64,000 nucleotides of DNA from Octopus sinensis (lineage: Eukaryota): assembly GCF_006345805.1 (NCBI RefSeq), contig NC_042998.1, positions 120,900,001 through 120,964,000 of the forward strand, read 5' to 3'. The notes beneath the pieces were generated by a model that saw nothing but the letters and a program-made list of their open reading frames with translations, had not been told where the DNA came from and did no database searches. Below are positions 49,444 to 61,440 of this stretch, in pieces. Made by a program: the position numbers and the translations under genes. Positions within the stretch are counted from its first letter, which is position 1. The number at the start of each line of letters is the position of its first letter.

Positions 49444-49956
49444 TCTATATATATAAAACTGTAGTTGTGTGAGTGTCTGTCCCCTTCGATTTAGATTCCT
49501 AACTACTCCCACATTTTGCGGTGCAGTTTAACCAAATTCGGGTATCTTATAGTCGTGATTCATATCGAGCCCGTCTGAGTATTAGCGCGCGTCTACGATG
49601 AGTCTACGATTTTAAAAATAATTTAACATAATTTTTTATTCCATTTTAATGCATAATTTTTCGTGTGTCGATGGCGGCGGAGTTGGCGTCCATGGTCACA
49701 CCTGCACCTGTTTGCTTCTCCCCCTTCTTCCCTCCCTCGTGAAGCTGTGGGGAAGGGAGTGTAAGGAAATCAACGTCGTAAAGCGTTGTCAAGGAGACCA
49801 GCGTTCTTTTAGAACAACAACTTCATGGCTTGAAGACACCAAAACAGAAATGGCTAAGAAAGCCCGAATTGGCATCTATAAGGGAAATAACTCTCTAAAA
49901 ATGCTTATATAGTTATTTCCCTTACAAACCCGAGCAACAGCGGGCGATACTGCTAG
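49444..49956 (+). mobile_element. Non-autonomous Helitron (513 bp)
   Basis: A|TCTATATAT... 5' end; 3' CCCG-agcaacag-CGGG hairpin followed by CTAG|T; extra perfect 14-bp subterminal inverted repeat (49879-49892 / 49911-49924); inserted between A and T with no TSD. Confidence 0.8.
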
Positions 49957-50049
49957 TTTAATATACAATTAACACAAAGATTTAATGTTATACTTTGCTC
50001 ATCCTCACTCTTTTGTTTTACATTTTATTATGAAGCAGGACAGAATCTA

Positions 50050-50320
50050 TATGGGCAATGTTAGCTTTAACTTACGAGTAATATTACCCTCAAGTAGCAT
50101 GTTATGGTACCACCAACCTCCAGGCAAGGTTATTCCAATTACAAGCAATATTACTCTCAAGCTACATGCAGTTGTAATCTAGTTACAGGCATGTTGCCTC
50201 AAAGTGCAAATAGTATTTCTCCAGTTACAGGCAATGTTACTCCAACTAGTGCAATGTTGCTGTAAGCTACAAGACTTGCTACCCCATGTTACAGGCAATG
50301 TTAGTCCTAATCTGTGTGCA
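50050..50320. repeat. Degenerate short-period minisatellite (gttacaggcaatgttac-like)
   Basis: The motif recurs at about 50142, 50224 and 50289, with weaker copies between. Confidence 0.55.
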
Positions 50321-50914
50321 GGGTTACCCCACCAATCTAGTGTTTCATAACATTTCAATTCAGATTCCCACCTTACATTAAAAGATATATTTTTTGCTTT
50401 ATTTTAAAATATCAAACATTGGGTTATAAACTAAGAAATTAATAAGTAAACATTATTTTAATAAGCTTATTCACCCTTTGGTCTTGAAATTCCTCAGAGT
50501 AGGAGGGGGAATAAGTGCATCCCTGTTGAGAAACACTGCCCTAGTCTACAGGCTGTGCTACCACAATTATAAGTCATCTCATGTTACCTATAAGTCATGT
50601 CAAGTTAGTGTTAATATATTAAATGAAAGAAGGATGAAAAAGTTAACTAGAACTAATTATGTGATGAGGAGAAAAAATAATTTTAATGATTGACATTATT
50701 TTGATAACTTTGGTATGTATGGGAGACAATTCCAAATATGTTCTGGATTTATTTTTTCACTCTGGATTTCACTGTACTTGTAGTTATGAAAGAATGACTA
50801 AGTAAATATTACAAGATTGCACATTGGTTGATACAGAACAATAAAATTGTTTAGAAAATAATAAATTCAAAGATGCGTGTAAAACAGTAATTAAGTTAAT
50901 GTTAACATATTTAA

Positions 50915-51143
50915 CCCTTTTGATACCAACCCGCCTCTGGCTCTGTAGTACAAATATCTTGTTTTCAAAAGTTCTGAATTAAAATCTTCCACCAAACCTT
51001 AATCACAATTTATGTTCCTAACATTAGACATTAGTTTAATGATAACTAAGTTATTTTACTAAATTCTTTGTTATATATATTTATTTAAAACTAATTGAAA
51101 AAAAAACACAGTGCATCTCAACAGAAATATGATAACAACCGGG
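50915..51143. mobile_element. piggyBac-type MITE (229 bp), second family
   Basis: TTAA (50911-50914) | CCCTTTTGATACCA ... TGATAACAACCGGG | TTAA (51144-51147); imperfect TIR. Confidence 0.7.
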
Positions 51144-53954
51144 TTAATACAGGAAGCATCAAAAAGTTAACTAGAAAAAAATTAATGTTACCTTGGTTAC
51201 AAGCCACATTAGCCTTGCTGTAAGTCATTTCATCACAACTACATGTGATACTTTATTGCAGAGTTATATAGGTTTTGATGTTACACTTCAGGTAACAAGT
51301 ACTGTTCAAACTATAACATGGTGAATTTTAGGAGTTTTTTGCTGTCAAACAGCATAAAATGAAAGTTTGAAACAAAGAGGCAAAGTTGTCCATTAGACTA
51401 TCATGGGAATGGAACAACAAAGAATAAACATGTCAAAGAGACTAAGTAAAATTTATGTTGAAAAGAGATTCTTCCATTTGATTCCAATATCATTCTTTGT
51501 ATGATGTTCTGCCTTGATTGAGCAACCTTATAATGAAAACCTTTCCAATGTCAACCATTATCTTTTTGTTTTCAAGGCTTATTTTCTCTGTCTTTCTTTA
51601 GTTAAGATAAGTTATGGTTTGAGGGAAATTTTGGTGCTATTTCTAACAGGTTAAGCAACCATGTTGTGGTTCCTTTGCTGGTTTGTCCTTAGGATGTTGG
51701 ATGAAGTAGAATGGGTTCAAACAGAAGAATGAACATTTGATGTTTAATGGTGTGACTATGGTGGACTGTGGTGATCATTACTGTTGAAGTAACTCCATTA
51801 TTTTATAACTTCACTTTTCTCAATAATAGAGAGCCAGGATAGACTTCAACACACGCATGTATCTTTCACTACCAGGATACAATACATCAGAGTACCAATT
51901 AGAGTCCACTACCAGGGGACAGTATACCAATTACTGTTCTCTACCAGAAACAATATATCAGCATTGTTTCAGAAAATATTTGTTAAATGTATTATGTGTA
52001 TGATGGAGTTAGTCTCGGCTCTTGCTGTAATGAGATGCCATATTGTTTGATAAATGTTGTTTCCCCGACAACATAAATACTTGTAATTAGATATTTAATG
52101 CTCACTGCATTAAGTATGTTGATACTACCTTAACTCTTGTTTTCATGCAAATAGCCTCTCTGAATAATTAGCACTAGAGGGTGCCCCAAGATGATTGATA
52201 ATGTTTTGACATCTATTGCCTAAAGAAAGGATTTTCCTGGGTATACTACAGTGAAAATGACCTTTTTGCAGGTCAAATATGTCGCAAACATATTTGAACT
52301 GATTTAAAAGTTTGTATACTTCACATGCATACTATATAAAATATTTTTTTAAAATATAAACAGTCTGCAAGTTATGAATGCCCAACTTACAAGTATCTGT
52401 AGTTATGAACTGACCTCCTTAAAGCTCCTTCTATTAAAAGTATTAGATAAATGGTTAATAATAATATCTGGGCAGACTGCTTTGCAATAAACATCAAAAC
52501 ATTGCATGTTTTCAGTAGTTTGCTTGAGGAAGGACAAAGCTTGACTGTTGTTGTTTCAAGTCAAATCACGTATATAAACAGTTATGTGTGATATTCGGGT
52601 TGCTTAGCTTAAATTTTTCTTTGCCTGCTCTTGTAACCACATCTGCAAATCATAAATTTGATACAAGTGATAGTAATGCATAAAAATGGGGAAGTGGGAT
52701 AATCAAAATTTAAATAGAAATAAGTGATAGAAGTAAAATGCCTACCAACATTGGAAATGTGTTCTGCTCTGCTATCAGTCAATAATTTGTACAATTTAGA
52801 AGGACAAATGTGAAGGTAATGGAACATGTAAGGACTCTGATCCAATGAGAACTATGATTATCACTAAGCATGCAGTGGTTTAATTATTGGAATGGAAAAG
52901 CTTTTAGCAGTTTGATTAGATCAAAATTATTGTCTAACCTTGGTTTAGGGCATGATAAGCTCAAAGCCTTTTAAGGGATTTAAAAGGTGCATATGCTGCA
53001 AGTGAAGATAATTATTAAAAAAGAGTAGTTTTGTTCAATCATTCTAAAGGGATGCTAAACACAAACAGTACCTAGCAGTTCCAACTTGCTGTCAGATGCA
53101 AAAATAGAACTCATAATCTAGAGACTGCCTCTATGCTAATTTTCATGCCTACAAATGTACAATATTATATGGCTTTGTAGTGAATCCCTCAATGTTACTT
53201 TGGTAAATACAGTGGAGTTGTTGATTTGCTAATAATACCAAAATGTATCCAGAGTTGACTCTTCTACTTGCTGAAATAATTAAAATAATGTTGTCTTTTA
53301 TTCAATGATAAATATTTCTAATTTGACTGCTAATACTCACGCCATTATGTTAGCACTATTGTTAGATTTAAATGATATCAATTCCAATAATATTTATAAC
53401 CAGGCATGACATGTGTTACAACTGAGCATTGCATTCATTGAACACTACCTTGTCAGTGCCTTCAGTGATGGTAGCCATTCAATCTCATTCATGGATGAAT
53501 GAATTAAAACATACGGTAGGAATTTCAAAAAACAGCTACCAGCTCAGCAAAGGTGGAGGTCATCATATAAAAGTTATTTATATTTTAGTTTTGTTTTATC
53601 GGAACAATTTTATAGAGTAATGAAAGAATTACAAAATTTAAATTCCATTTTAACAAATTATCATTCAATATTAAATATTCATAGGAATGGCTGTTTACAA
53701 CGTGTAGCAGTAAATTGTATCTTCATACACACTGAACTTCTTCTGTTAAAAGCTAATTTAAATGGCATATAATTCTTTCCCTCAGTAATCTCTTAGTTCT
53801 TAACTTTTAATTCCACATTAACCACATTAATTTCATATCAATCATCATCGTCATCATTACTGCCATTTGTGTACCAGCATCCATTATTCCTGTATTAATA
53901 TGGGTTAGATGGGTCAGCAATACAACATATCAGTATATTACTTGTGTGTGTGTA

Positions 53955-54090
53955 GCTTGCTTACTAACCACATGGTTCTGGGTTCAGTCCCACTGCGTGG
54001 CACCTTGGGCAAGTGTCTTCTACTATAGCTTTAGGCCGACCAAAGCCTTGTGAGTAGATTTGGTAGATGGACACTAAAAGAAGCTCGTCG
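53955..54090 (+). mobile_element. SINE family A, 5' half running into a (TA/TG)-rich tract
   Basis: aaccacatggttctgggttcagtcccactgcgtggcaccttgggcaagtgtcttctactatagc...gaagctcgtcgtatat. Confidence 0.85.
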
Positions 54091-54412
54091 TATATATGTA
54101 TATGTGTGTATATGTATGTATGTATATGTATATATAAATGTATGTGTATGTATACATAAATGTATATGTATGTATATATTTATATGTATGTATATGCATG
54201 TATATGTATATATATATTTATATGTATGTATATGCATGTATATGTATGTATATGCATGTATATGTCAGAATTAAACAGCCAAAATTTGCCATGATGATTC
54301 GGTTTCTGACTGAAGATTGAAGGCTTCGAATGTCTTGTCTGTTTTCCGTGTTCGTCACTTCATGTATTTCACGTTCTTTATATATAAAGTTTTATTTTAT
54401 TATATATTTATG

Positions 54413-54698
54413 AGCTCGAATCCTGGACCGGGCTGCGTGTTGTGTTCTTGAGCAAGACGCTTTATTTCACGTTGCTCCAGTTCACTCAGCTGTAGAAATG
54501 AGTTGCGACGTCACAGGTGCCAAGCTGTATCGGCCTTTGTCTTTCCCTTGGATAACACTGGTGGCGTGGAGAGGGGAGGCCGGTATGCATGGGCGACTAC
54601 TGGTCTTCCATAAAAACAACCTTGCCCAGACTTGTGCCTCAGAGGGTAACTCTCTAGGTGCAAACCCATGGTCACTCATGACCGAAGGGGGTCTTTAC
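54413..54698 (+). mobile_element. SINE family D, well preserved and 5' truncated
   Basis: gagctcgaatcctggaccggg..gtgttcttgagcaagacgctttatttcacgttgctccagttcactcagctg; CpGs retained. Confidence 0.7.
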
Positions 54699-54780
54699 CT
54701 ATATGTATGTATATGCATGTATATGTATATATATACAGATATATGTTCATATATACATATATATATATATATTTTTATAT

Positions 54781-55025
54781 ATTTTTTATTTCATCTAGTT
54801 TCAGCTCATGAGCCGTGGCCATGCTGGGGCACTGCCATTTGGTGTTGCTACATAATTTTACTTCACGAATGCTTTTTAGCAATTGACATTTGGTGCATGA
54901 GAGAGTTTGATGCAGCTGCCCTCATCTGCATCTCCTGCCACAAGGCCGTTTCATCTGGGACACCTGATAGAAAGACGTCCAGCTTTACTTTGAAGACTCC
55001 CACATCCACCCCATGCAGGTCTCTC
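54781..55025 (-). mobile_element. CR1-clade LINE, extreme 3' end (ORF end, UTR and tail)
   Basis: [25 protein letters not shown]...[11 protein letters not shown]...* followed by gtgccccagcatggccacggctcatgagctgaaactag. Confidence 0.8.
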
Positions 55026-55029
55026 ATAC

Positions 55030-55062
<33 letters not shown>

Positions 55063-55272
55063 CATATATATGTACATATATATATACATACATATACATA
55101 CCTATATATACATACATATATATACATATATATACATACATATATATACATATATATACGTACATATATATATACATATATATGTATATATATATATACA
55201 TATATACATATATATGTGTGTGTGTGTATATATATATACATATATATATATGTGTGTGTGTGTGTGTGTTTG

Positions 55273-55305
<33 letters not shown>

Positions 55306-55307
55306 TG

Positions 55308-55346
<39 letters not shown>

Positions 55347-55441
55347 TTATATATATACATATATATGGGCGGGGGGGAGCACTCCTTGAAAAAATATGAC
55401 AAGGTGGCATATATGCACAGATGCATATATAAGTATCTGTG

Positions 55442-55509
<68 letters not shown>

Positions 55510-55520
55510 TACATACATAT
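55026..55520. repeat. Large compound (TA)/(CATA)/(TG) microsatellite
   Basis: About 500 bp of alternating purine-pyrimidine variants; source of the long pseudo-ORFs in the track. Confidence 0.95.
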
Positions 55521-55692
55521 GCAAGCAGGCAGGCATATACATACAGACACATACACAACAAGGTTTTTTGCAGTTTCATCTACCAAATCCATTCAAGGCA
55601 TTCATTAGTTTGGAGCTATAGTAGGAAGCTCCTGTCCCAGATGTCACACAGTAAGGCTGAACCTGAAGCATACAAAACAAACAGTCATGTCT

Positions 55693-55729
<37 letters not shown>

Positions 55730-55894
55730 TATTAGAAAATTTACTAATTAATCACTATATACAACTCCCAATGTCAATGCCAAACAAATATGTTATCTTC
55801 ATGACAGTGTCTGATAGTGAAGTGTTACAGGTGAAACATTGATTTCATTTGGATGTTCACTTGGGCTTTTACTATACATTATATTGTCATCATC

Positions 55895-56125
55895 AATCAT
55901 CATCAACATTTAACATCCATTTTCCATGCTGGCATGAGTTGACTGGCTTGACAGGAACTGGCAAGTTCAGATGCCATGTCAAGCTCCATAGTCTATTTTA
56001 GTTTGATTTCTAAGGTTAGCTGCCTTTCTTAATGCCAACCACTTTACAGGGTATACTGGATGCTTTTTTTGTGATACCATCACCAGTGCTTTTTATGTGG
56101 TACCAACACTTGTCCCAGTGCTTTT
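55895..56125 (-). mobile_element. Family B repeat
   Basis: catcaacatttaacatccattttccatgctggcatgag...tgcctttcttaatgccaaccacttt...gtgcttttatgtgg. Confidence 0.7.
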
Positions 56126-57399
56126 TATGTGCATCTCAGTTTTAGGATCTTAAATAAAAAAAAATTTATCGTTTGTAATTTTATTTGCTTCTTGTGCAAA
56201 GTTTTTCTGTTTTGTTTTATTTTTTTACTTCACAAGATGAGAATTCCTTTTTATGTTTTGCTGTTTACATTTGTACTTCTCAGTTTTCTTTGTTAGCATT
56301 TTGTTTTCTCTCTCCCTTGACTTTGGGCATCAAATAGTGGCAGAAGCAATATTTTAGAAAAAACACATACTTATCTTCTTTACTGTTTTCATTCATAACA
56401 TACATGCATGCATGCATTCATACACCATACATTCATTCATACACACACACACACACTTATGTATGAATACATTTATTTTTCTCTGTAATTAACCAAATAC
56501 CTTAAGTAGAAATAGATTTATATAAGGTGATCTCCTGGTGAGTGTAGTCTGCTACTTGAATCTTGTGAGGTGGCTGAAATTTCAACCTCTGCACATGTGC
56601 TGTATAAACTGATGTTGAGAAAGACAACAAATAATATTAAGATATATGGAAAGTGTGTTTCTCCTTCCTGGTCCTCAAGCAACATATGCAAACAAATGCA
56701 CACACACATACACACATTATTGTATACATGACTACATCTTTCAATCAATGTTGCCTCTCTCTAAAATTATCATTAGTGTCATGTTGTGATTAAATCTCAT
56801 CTCTTTTACCTTTGCCTTTTACTTATTTCAGTTATTAGATGTAACTATGCTGGGGCACTAACTTGAAGGGTTTAGTTGAACAAATGAACTCATTTCAGAT
56901 ATTTCATTGTGTTTCTGGATGGAATATTTTTACATTATATCAATTCAGTTTACTGTTCTCAGCCCTGACTGAGATCTATGAACAAAGGTATGTAGTCCTG
57001 TCTTTCATTTTAGGAAAACAGCCTTGATCATACTTAGGCTAAGTTGTTAATTACTGATACGGTGCGGTCTCAGGTCAGTCCTGATCAAATAGACCTATGG
57101 TTTGATCAAAAGTATTCCAGCTATGAATATCCTCTTTTTTTTTTCTTTTTAATTCAGTGTGTTCTTTTTTTTAAGACAGTATAGTGTGATTTCATGATAG
57201 TGTGGCTTCTATTTCTAGCAGGTCACACTACATAGAGGCCTTTATTATAATTTTCTAGAGTGTGTCTCTAAGTGGAATAGATAGTGTTATTGTGATGGTC
57301 TTAGAGTAGTAATTTTTTGATTGAGATTGATTGAGCAGATACTATATACTCAACCTACTAGAAACAGTTGCCAAGCTTTTGTTTGTACTGTATTTATTA

Positions 57400-57722
57400 T
57401 TGTTGTTGTTGTCATCGTCGTCGTCTTCTTCTTGTTCTTGTTCTTCTTTGTACAGCTTCTAATGCTGGAGATGTATTATTGTGTCAGCTGTTCACTACCA
57501 GTGAACTTAGGTAACACCCCTTATTTTTCGAGCACTGTCCGGAGTATTCAAGCAGTGCTGTTTTCTGTAAGTGTTCCACCCTTATTGCAGCCCTTATTTG
57601 TTCCATGTACTTCTTAAGATTTTTACTCATTGTTCCCAGAGCTCCGACAATTATTGGTACTACTACCATATTTTTCAGCAACCACCCAAGCTAACCTGTT
57701 ATATCTATCGACTTTTCTTTCT
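57400..57722 (-). mobile_element. R4/Dong-like LINE 3' fragment (REL C-terminus)
   Basis: VVVPIIVGALGTMSKNLKKYMEQIRAAIRVEHLQKTALL matches VPIVIGALG..LQKTALLGT. Abuts (AAT)n at the 5' junction and a degenerate trinucleotide tail at the 3' end. Confidence 0.8.
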
Positions 57723-57784
57723 CAATTATTATTATTATTATTATTATTATCGTTGTCATTGTCGTTGTTGTTGTTGTTGTTGTT

Positions 57785-57990
57785 GTGAGGTGTTAGCACT
57801 CCAGACAAAAGCTTAGTGGCATTTCATCTGTTTTTTTATGTTCTGAGTCCAAATTCTGCTAAAGTCAACTTTGCCTTTCATCCTTTCAGAGTCGATGAAG
57901 TAATTACCAGTCAAGCACTGGGGTCACTGTAATCAACTGTTTCCTTCCACCAAAATTTCAGGTCTTGTGCCTTTAATAGAAAGAATTATT
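57785..57990 (+). mobile_element. SINE family C
   Basis: gtcaactttgcctttcatcctttcagagtcgatgaagtaattaccag...cactggggtc..tgtaatc. Confidence 0.75.
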
Positions 57991-58236
57991 ATTGCTGTTG
58001 TTGTATTTGTCTAAATTAAATGAAAGTGATAGTGTTGTTTGGACAGTGTTGTATAGTCATTACCTCTTAATATTCATTCATGAAACATCCAGTGTGGCTC
58101 AAATATTAAACATCGTTTAATATTTGATTTATCACATGCCAGCATGATTCAAACATTCATTTATTGGTGAGATTAACTTGTTTGAAGAAACTGCTGTATC
58201 TTACACCCTTCCCCCTCTCTCTCTCCCACCCCACCC

Positions 58237-58316
<80 letters not shown>

Positions 58317-58361
58317 ACACACACACACGCACTTACATTCACACATGCATACATCCATCAG

Positions 58362-58600
58362 GGCAGTGGCTTGGCAGAATTATTTAAATGGCAAAAACAA
58401 ATATAAAAAATGCCTTATGATAATTTATTCCATATTTTTACATACTGAGTTCAAATCTCATCAAAGTCAATTTTAACTTTTCATCCTTCAAGAGTTGGTG
58501 AAATAAAATACCAGCCAAGTACTCAAGTTGATTTAATTAACTCACCCCCTCCCTTCAAAAAATTATTGGCTTTATGCCTAATTCTGAAATAGTTATTATT
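58362..58600 (+). mobile_element. SINE family C, ending just upstream of the PHPT1-like acceptor
   Basis: ggcttggcagaatt...gagttcaaatc...tttcatccttcaagagttggtgaaataaaataccag. Confidence 0.65.
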
Positions 58601-58622
58601 GTTGCTATTGTTATCATTTCAG

Positions 58623-58747
58623 GTGATATATATGATGATATATGTCCCAAAATTGAGAAAAACAACTTGGACTGTGAGTGTGTTGGTGGAGGAAGAATCC
58701 AGATTGAAAACTCCAAAAAGCATATACATATATTTGGTTATTCTAAG
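58623..58747 (+). CDS. PHPT1: 14 kDa phosphohistidine phosphatase (Janus/Ocnus family), internal exon, 125 bp, phase 1 to 0
   Basis: ttatcatttcAG | gt gat ata tat... encodes (G)DIYDDICPKIEKNNLDCECVGGGRIQIENSKKHIHIFGYSK | GTatgt. Matches the family motif DIYD...DCECxGGGRI...IxxYGYS, and the length equals the vertebrate exon 2 as I recall it. Confidence 0.93.
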
Positions 58748-59206
58748 GTATGTGAGATGTGTTGGCTTTCAATCCTTATCTTGTCTGTGATACAGCCAAT
58801 TTTTAACAATCTATCCCTCTCCCTTCTCTTTGGCAACACATCAAGTGATATACAAGAGTTTCAAAGTCAGCTCATCTCTGCACTATAACACTGTTATCTT
58901 CTACTGTGGCAGGGATTTAAGGGGAACAATATTTGTAGATGTGTTTGTGTAAATAATACTAGAAGATGATTTTTTTTGTTGTGAAAACTACTTACTAAGA
59001 GGGGAGAACATGTTGTTAAGGAGAATGGATTATCTGACATTTTCAAACCACATTCTAATAACATTTCCAAACATATAAGCTAGAGGAGAGAAATATTGCT
59101 GCAAATTTCTTGTTACATGTAGAACATGGAAAGCTATCTATCTCATACATATTTACGGATGTATGTGTATGTTTGTGTTCTTACTTTAGTATTTTATATA
59201 TATGTA

Positions 59207-59253
<47 letters not shown>

Positions 59254-59263
<10 letters not shown>

Positions 59264-59458
59264 TAAATTAGAGATAAAACCACTATTAGGCAAATCATAC
59301 AATGAAAAACTTAAAAAAAGATAATTAGTATTATCTTTTTTTAATAATTTTGATATATATTTAAAATAATATAAATTAATTAATCTTATGTATTGGCTTA
59401 AGTTTTTAATTGTATGATTTGCCTAATAGTGGTTTTATCTCTAATTTAATATAATATA
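59254..59458. repeat. AT-rich palindrome inside the last PHPT1-like intron
   Basis: 59254-59303 is the perfect reverse complement of 59409-59458; after one mismatch, 10 more bp pair (59305-59314 / 59398-59407); spacer 83 nt. Confidence 0.9.
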
Positions 59459-59538
59459 ATATTTTACTATAAAATTGGATTCAATCCTAAATCTGATTTT
59501 TCCCTGTAAGTTTGGATTTATTCCCTAATATTTTATTA

Positions 59539-59575
<37 letters not shown>

Positions 59576-59641
59576 GTATATGTATATGTGTATATATGTA
59601 TATATATATATATATATATAATGTGTATATATATATAATTA

Positions 59642-59949
59642 CTAGCAGTATCGCCCAGCGTTGCTCAGGTTTGTAAGGGAAATAACTATATAAGCATTTT
59701 TAGAGAGTTACTTCCCTTATATAAACCGAGCAAAAAATGCATTAAAAATGCAAAAAAATGATGGTAAATTTCTTTATCATCGTAGACTCATCGTAGACGT
59801 GCGCTAATACCCAGAAGGGCTCAATATGAATCACGACTATAAGATACCCACTTTTGGTTAAACTACACCGCAAAATGTGGGAGTAGTTAGGAATCTAAAT
59901 TGGAGGAGACAGACTCTCACACACACAACTTCAGTTTTAGATATAAAGA
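59642..59949 (-). mobile_element. Non-autonomous Helitron (308 bp), same family as 49444-49956
   Basis: Minus strand A|TC at 59949 through hairpin and CTAG|T at 59642; shares both ends with the first copy but lacks its middle. Confidence 0.8.
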
Positions 59950-60274
59950 TGTAGATAGGGTTTAAATCCAAGCTGTGTCCTCTTGAAGCACATCTGCTTA
60001 TTCCAGTATTTCCTATCCATGTGTAAATTTTGCATTTATATGAGGTATGCATAAGAGTTGAAAATTCTGGGAAATATTTTTTGCAGAGTAACTATATATC
60101 ATAACAGGAGAAACATGCAAGATATTGCCTATTAGAAATTCTTCACACAGAGAATAAGGTATTATTTGATTTGATTCTCTGTCTGAAGAATTTCAAATAG
60201 GAGGTATCATATATATTTCTCCTAAATGTACGACTTTATAACTCCTATTAGCAAATTTGTCCAATCTCCTGTTT

Positions 60275-60276
<2 letters not shown>

Positions 60277-60354
<78 letters not shown>
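60277..60354. repeat. (AT)n microsatellite
   Basis: Pure AT run. Confidence 0.95.
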
Positions 60355-60357
<3 letters not shown>

Positions 60358-61440
60358 TTTATGGTGACAGAGTGGTGACAGTTAAAAACAAGAGTTTAAC
60401 GGTCATATAACGTCTGTTTACCATGGTTTAACAAGAGCTAGCAAACCAGACAGCTCTGCCAAGCTCTGTTGTCTGCATACTGATTATAATCAGAAAATAC
60501 ACTGAAATAATGTTTTAATAATAATTAAACATTATTTTAGTTTATATAATTACTAACCATTCAGATAAAAAGAGAATTTTTTACTCTTTTAAATGATGTA
60601 AGTTTAAATGCATGTTTTAATTATCGTCATAATCTTCATCATCATTTGACAATCTTTTACACTTATTGACAGTTATCAGAAATAGTGATCAAGTTTCTCA
60701 TGAAATATACCTTCTATGTATTTCAGTTGATTTTGAAAATAATTAAGAATTTGGAAGTGTTTCATAAGAATAACTAAATTTACTAGATAGATGCATGGAA
60801 CATAACAAAAGATTTTCTGTAAAATAATGGGACAGCTTTTTATTTAAATATGAACAATTTAAACTGAAGGATTTGTCTCAGAGAATGACGGGTAGTATTG
60901 GGTATGTTGGATGGATTGATATACAATGAGTATTTCCAACATAATTGTATTGAATCAGGCTCTTCTTGTTGGTGTTATTGTTGTTTAGTTTTCAATCAGC
61001 CAAGATTGAGCAAGCCTGTAATCAAAGATAATCCATGGCTTGCCTATAACTTATTCATACACTTCTGTAGAGAGCAACATTATCTAATGCATCCTTCTCA
61101 TTTTAAGATGGTGGTCTTGCTGCTATTTCTAGCAAATTAAGGGACTTTATCATTGTTACTAGTTTTGTCATTGTTGTTTGGACCCTGGGCAGTGCAGCTG
61201 TGGCTATTCCCTCTTATTTTCAGTGTAACTACATTATTGAATGTACCCTTCTTTTTTCAAAATGATAAAATGTAATATGGGAAAGGATTTGGCTGTTGTT
61301 TTTTTTACAGTTTGAGTGACCACTTTGGCTCATGGTAGTTGTAAGAGCATGCCAAACTTCATGACATTGTGTTTATATATGTTTGTCAGTGGTAAGTTAT
61401 GAACTGATCCTTAAATGTTGATATTGTTGTCTATTTTCAG

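Noticed and set aside
52680-52770. Faint resemblance to the piggyBac YNxxMGGVD...IRSKKW motif
   Set aside because: It needs several frameshifts, and too few residues match.
54305-54340. CTGAAGA...GAATGTC hammerhead-like string
   Set aside because: It lacks the third A of GAAA and a proper stem II or III. It may be a PLE-type terminus, but there is no support for a ribozyme.
54498-55751. The longest ORFs in the track (314, 238, 146 and 128 aa)
   Set aside because: They are translations of TA/TG microsatellites (YI/CV/HT runs) joined to SINE and CR1 pieces. The same applies to most short ORFs in the track.
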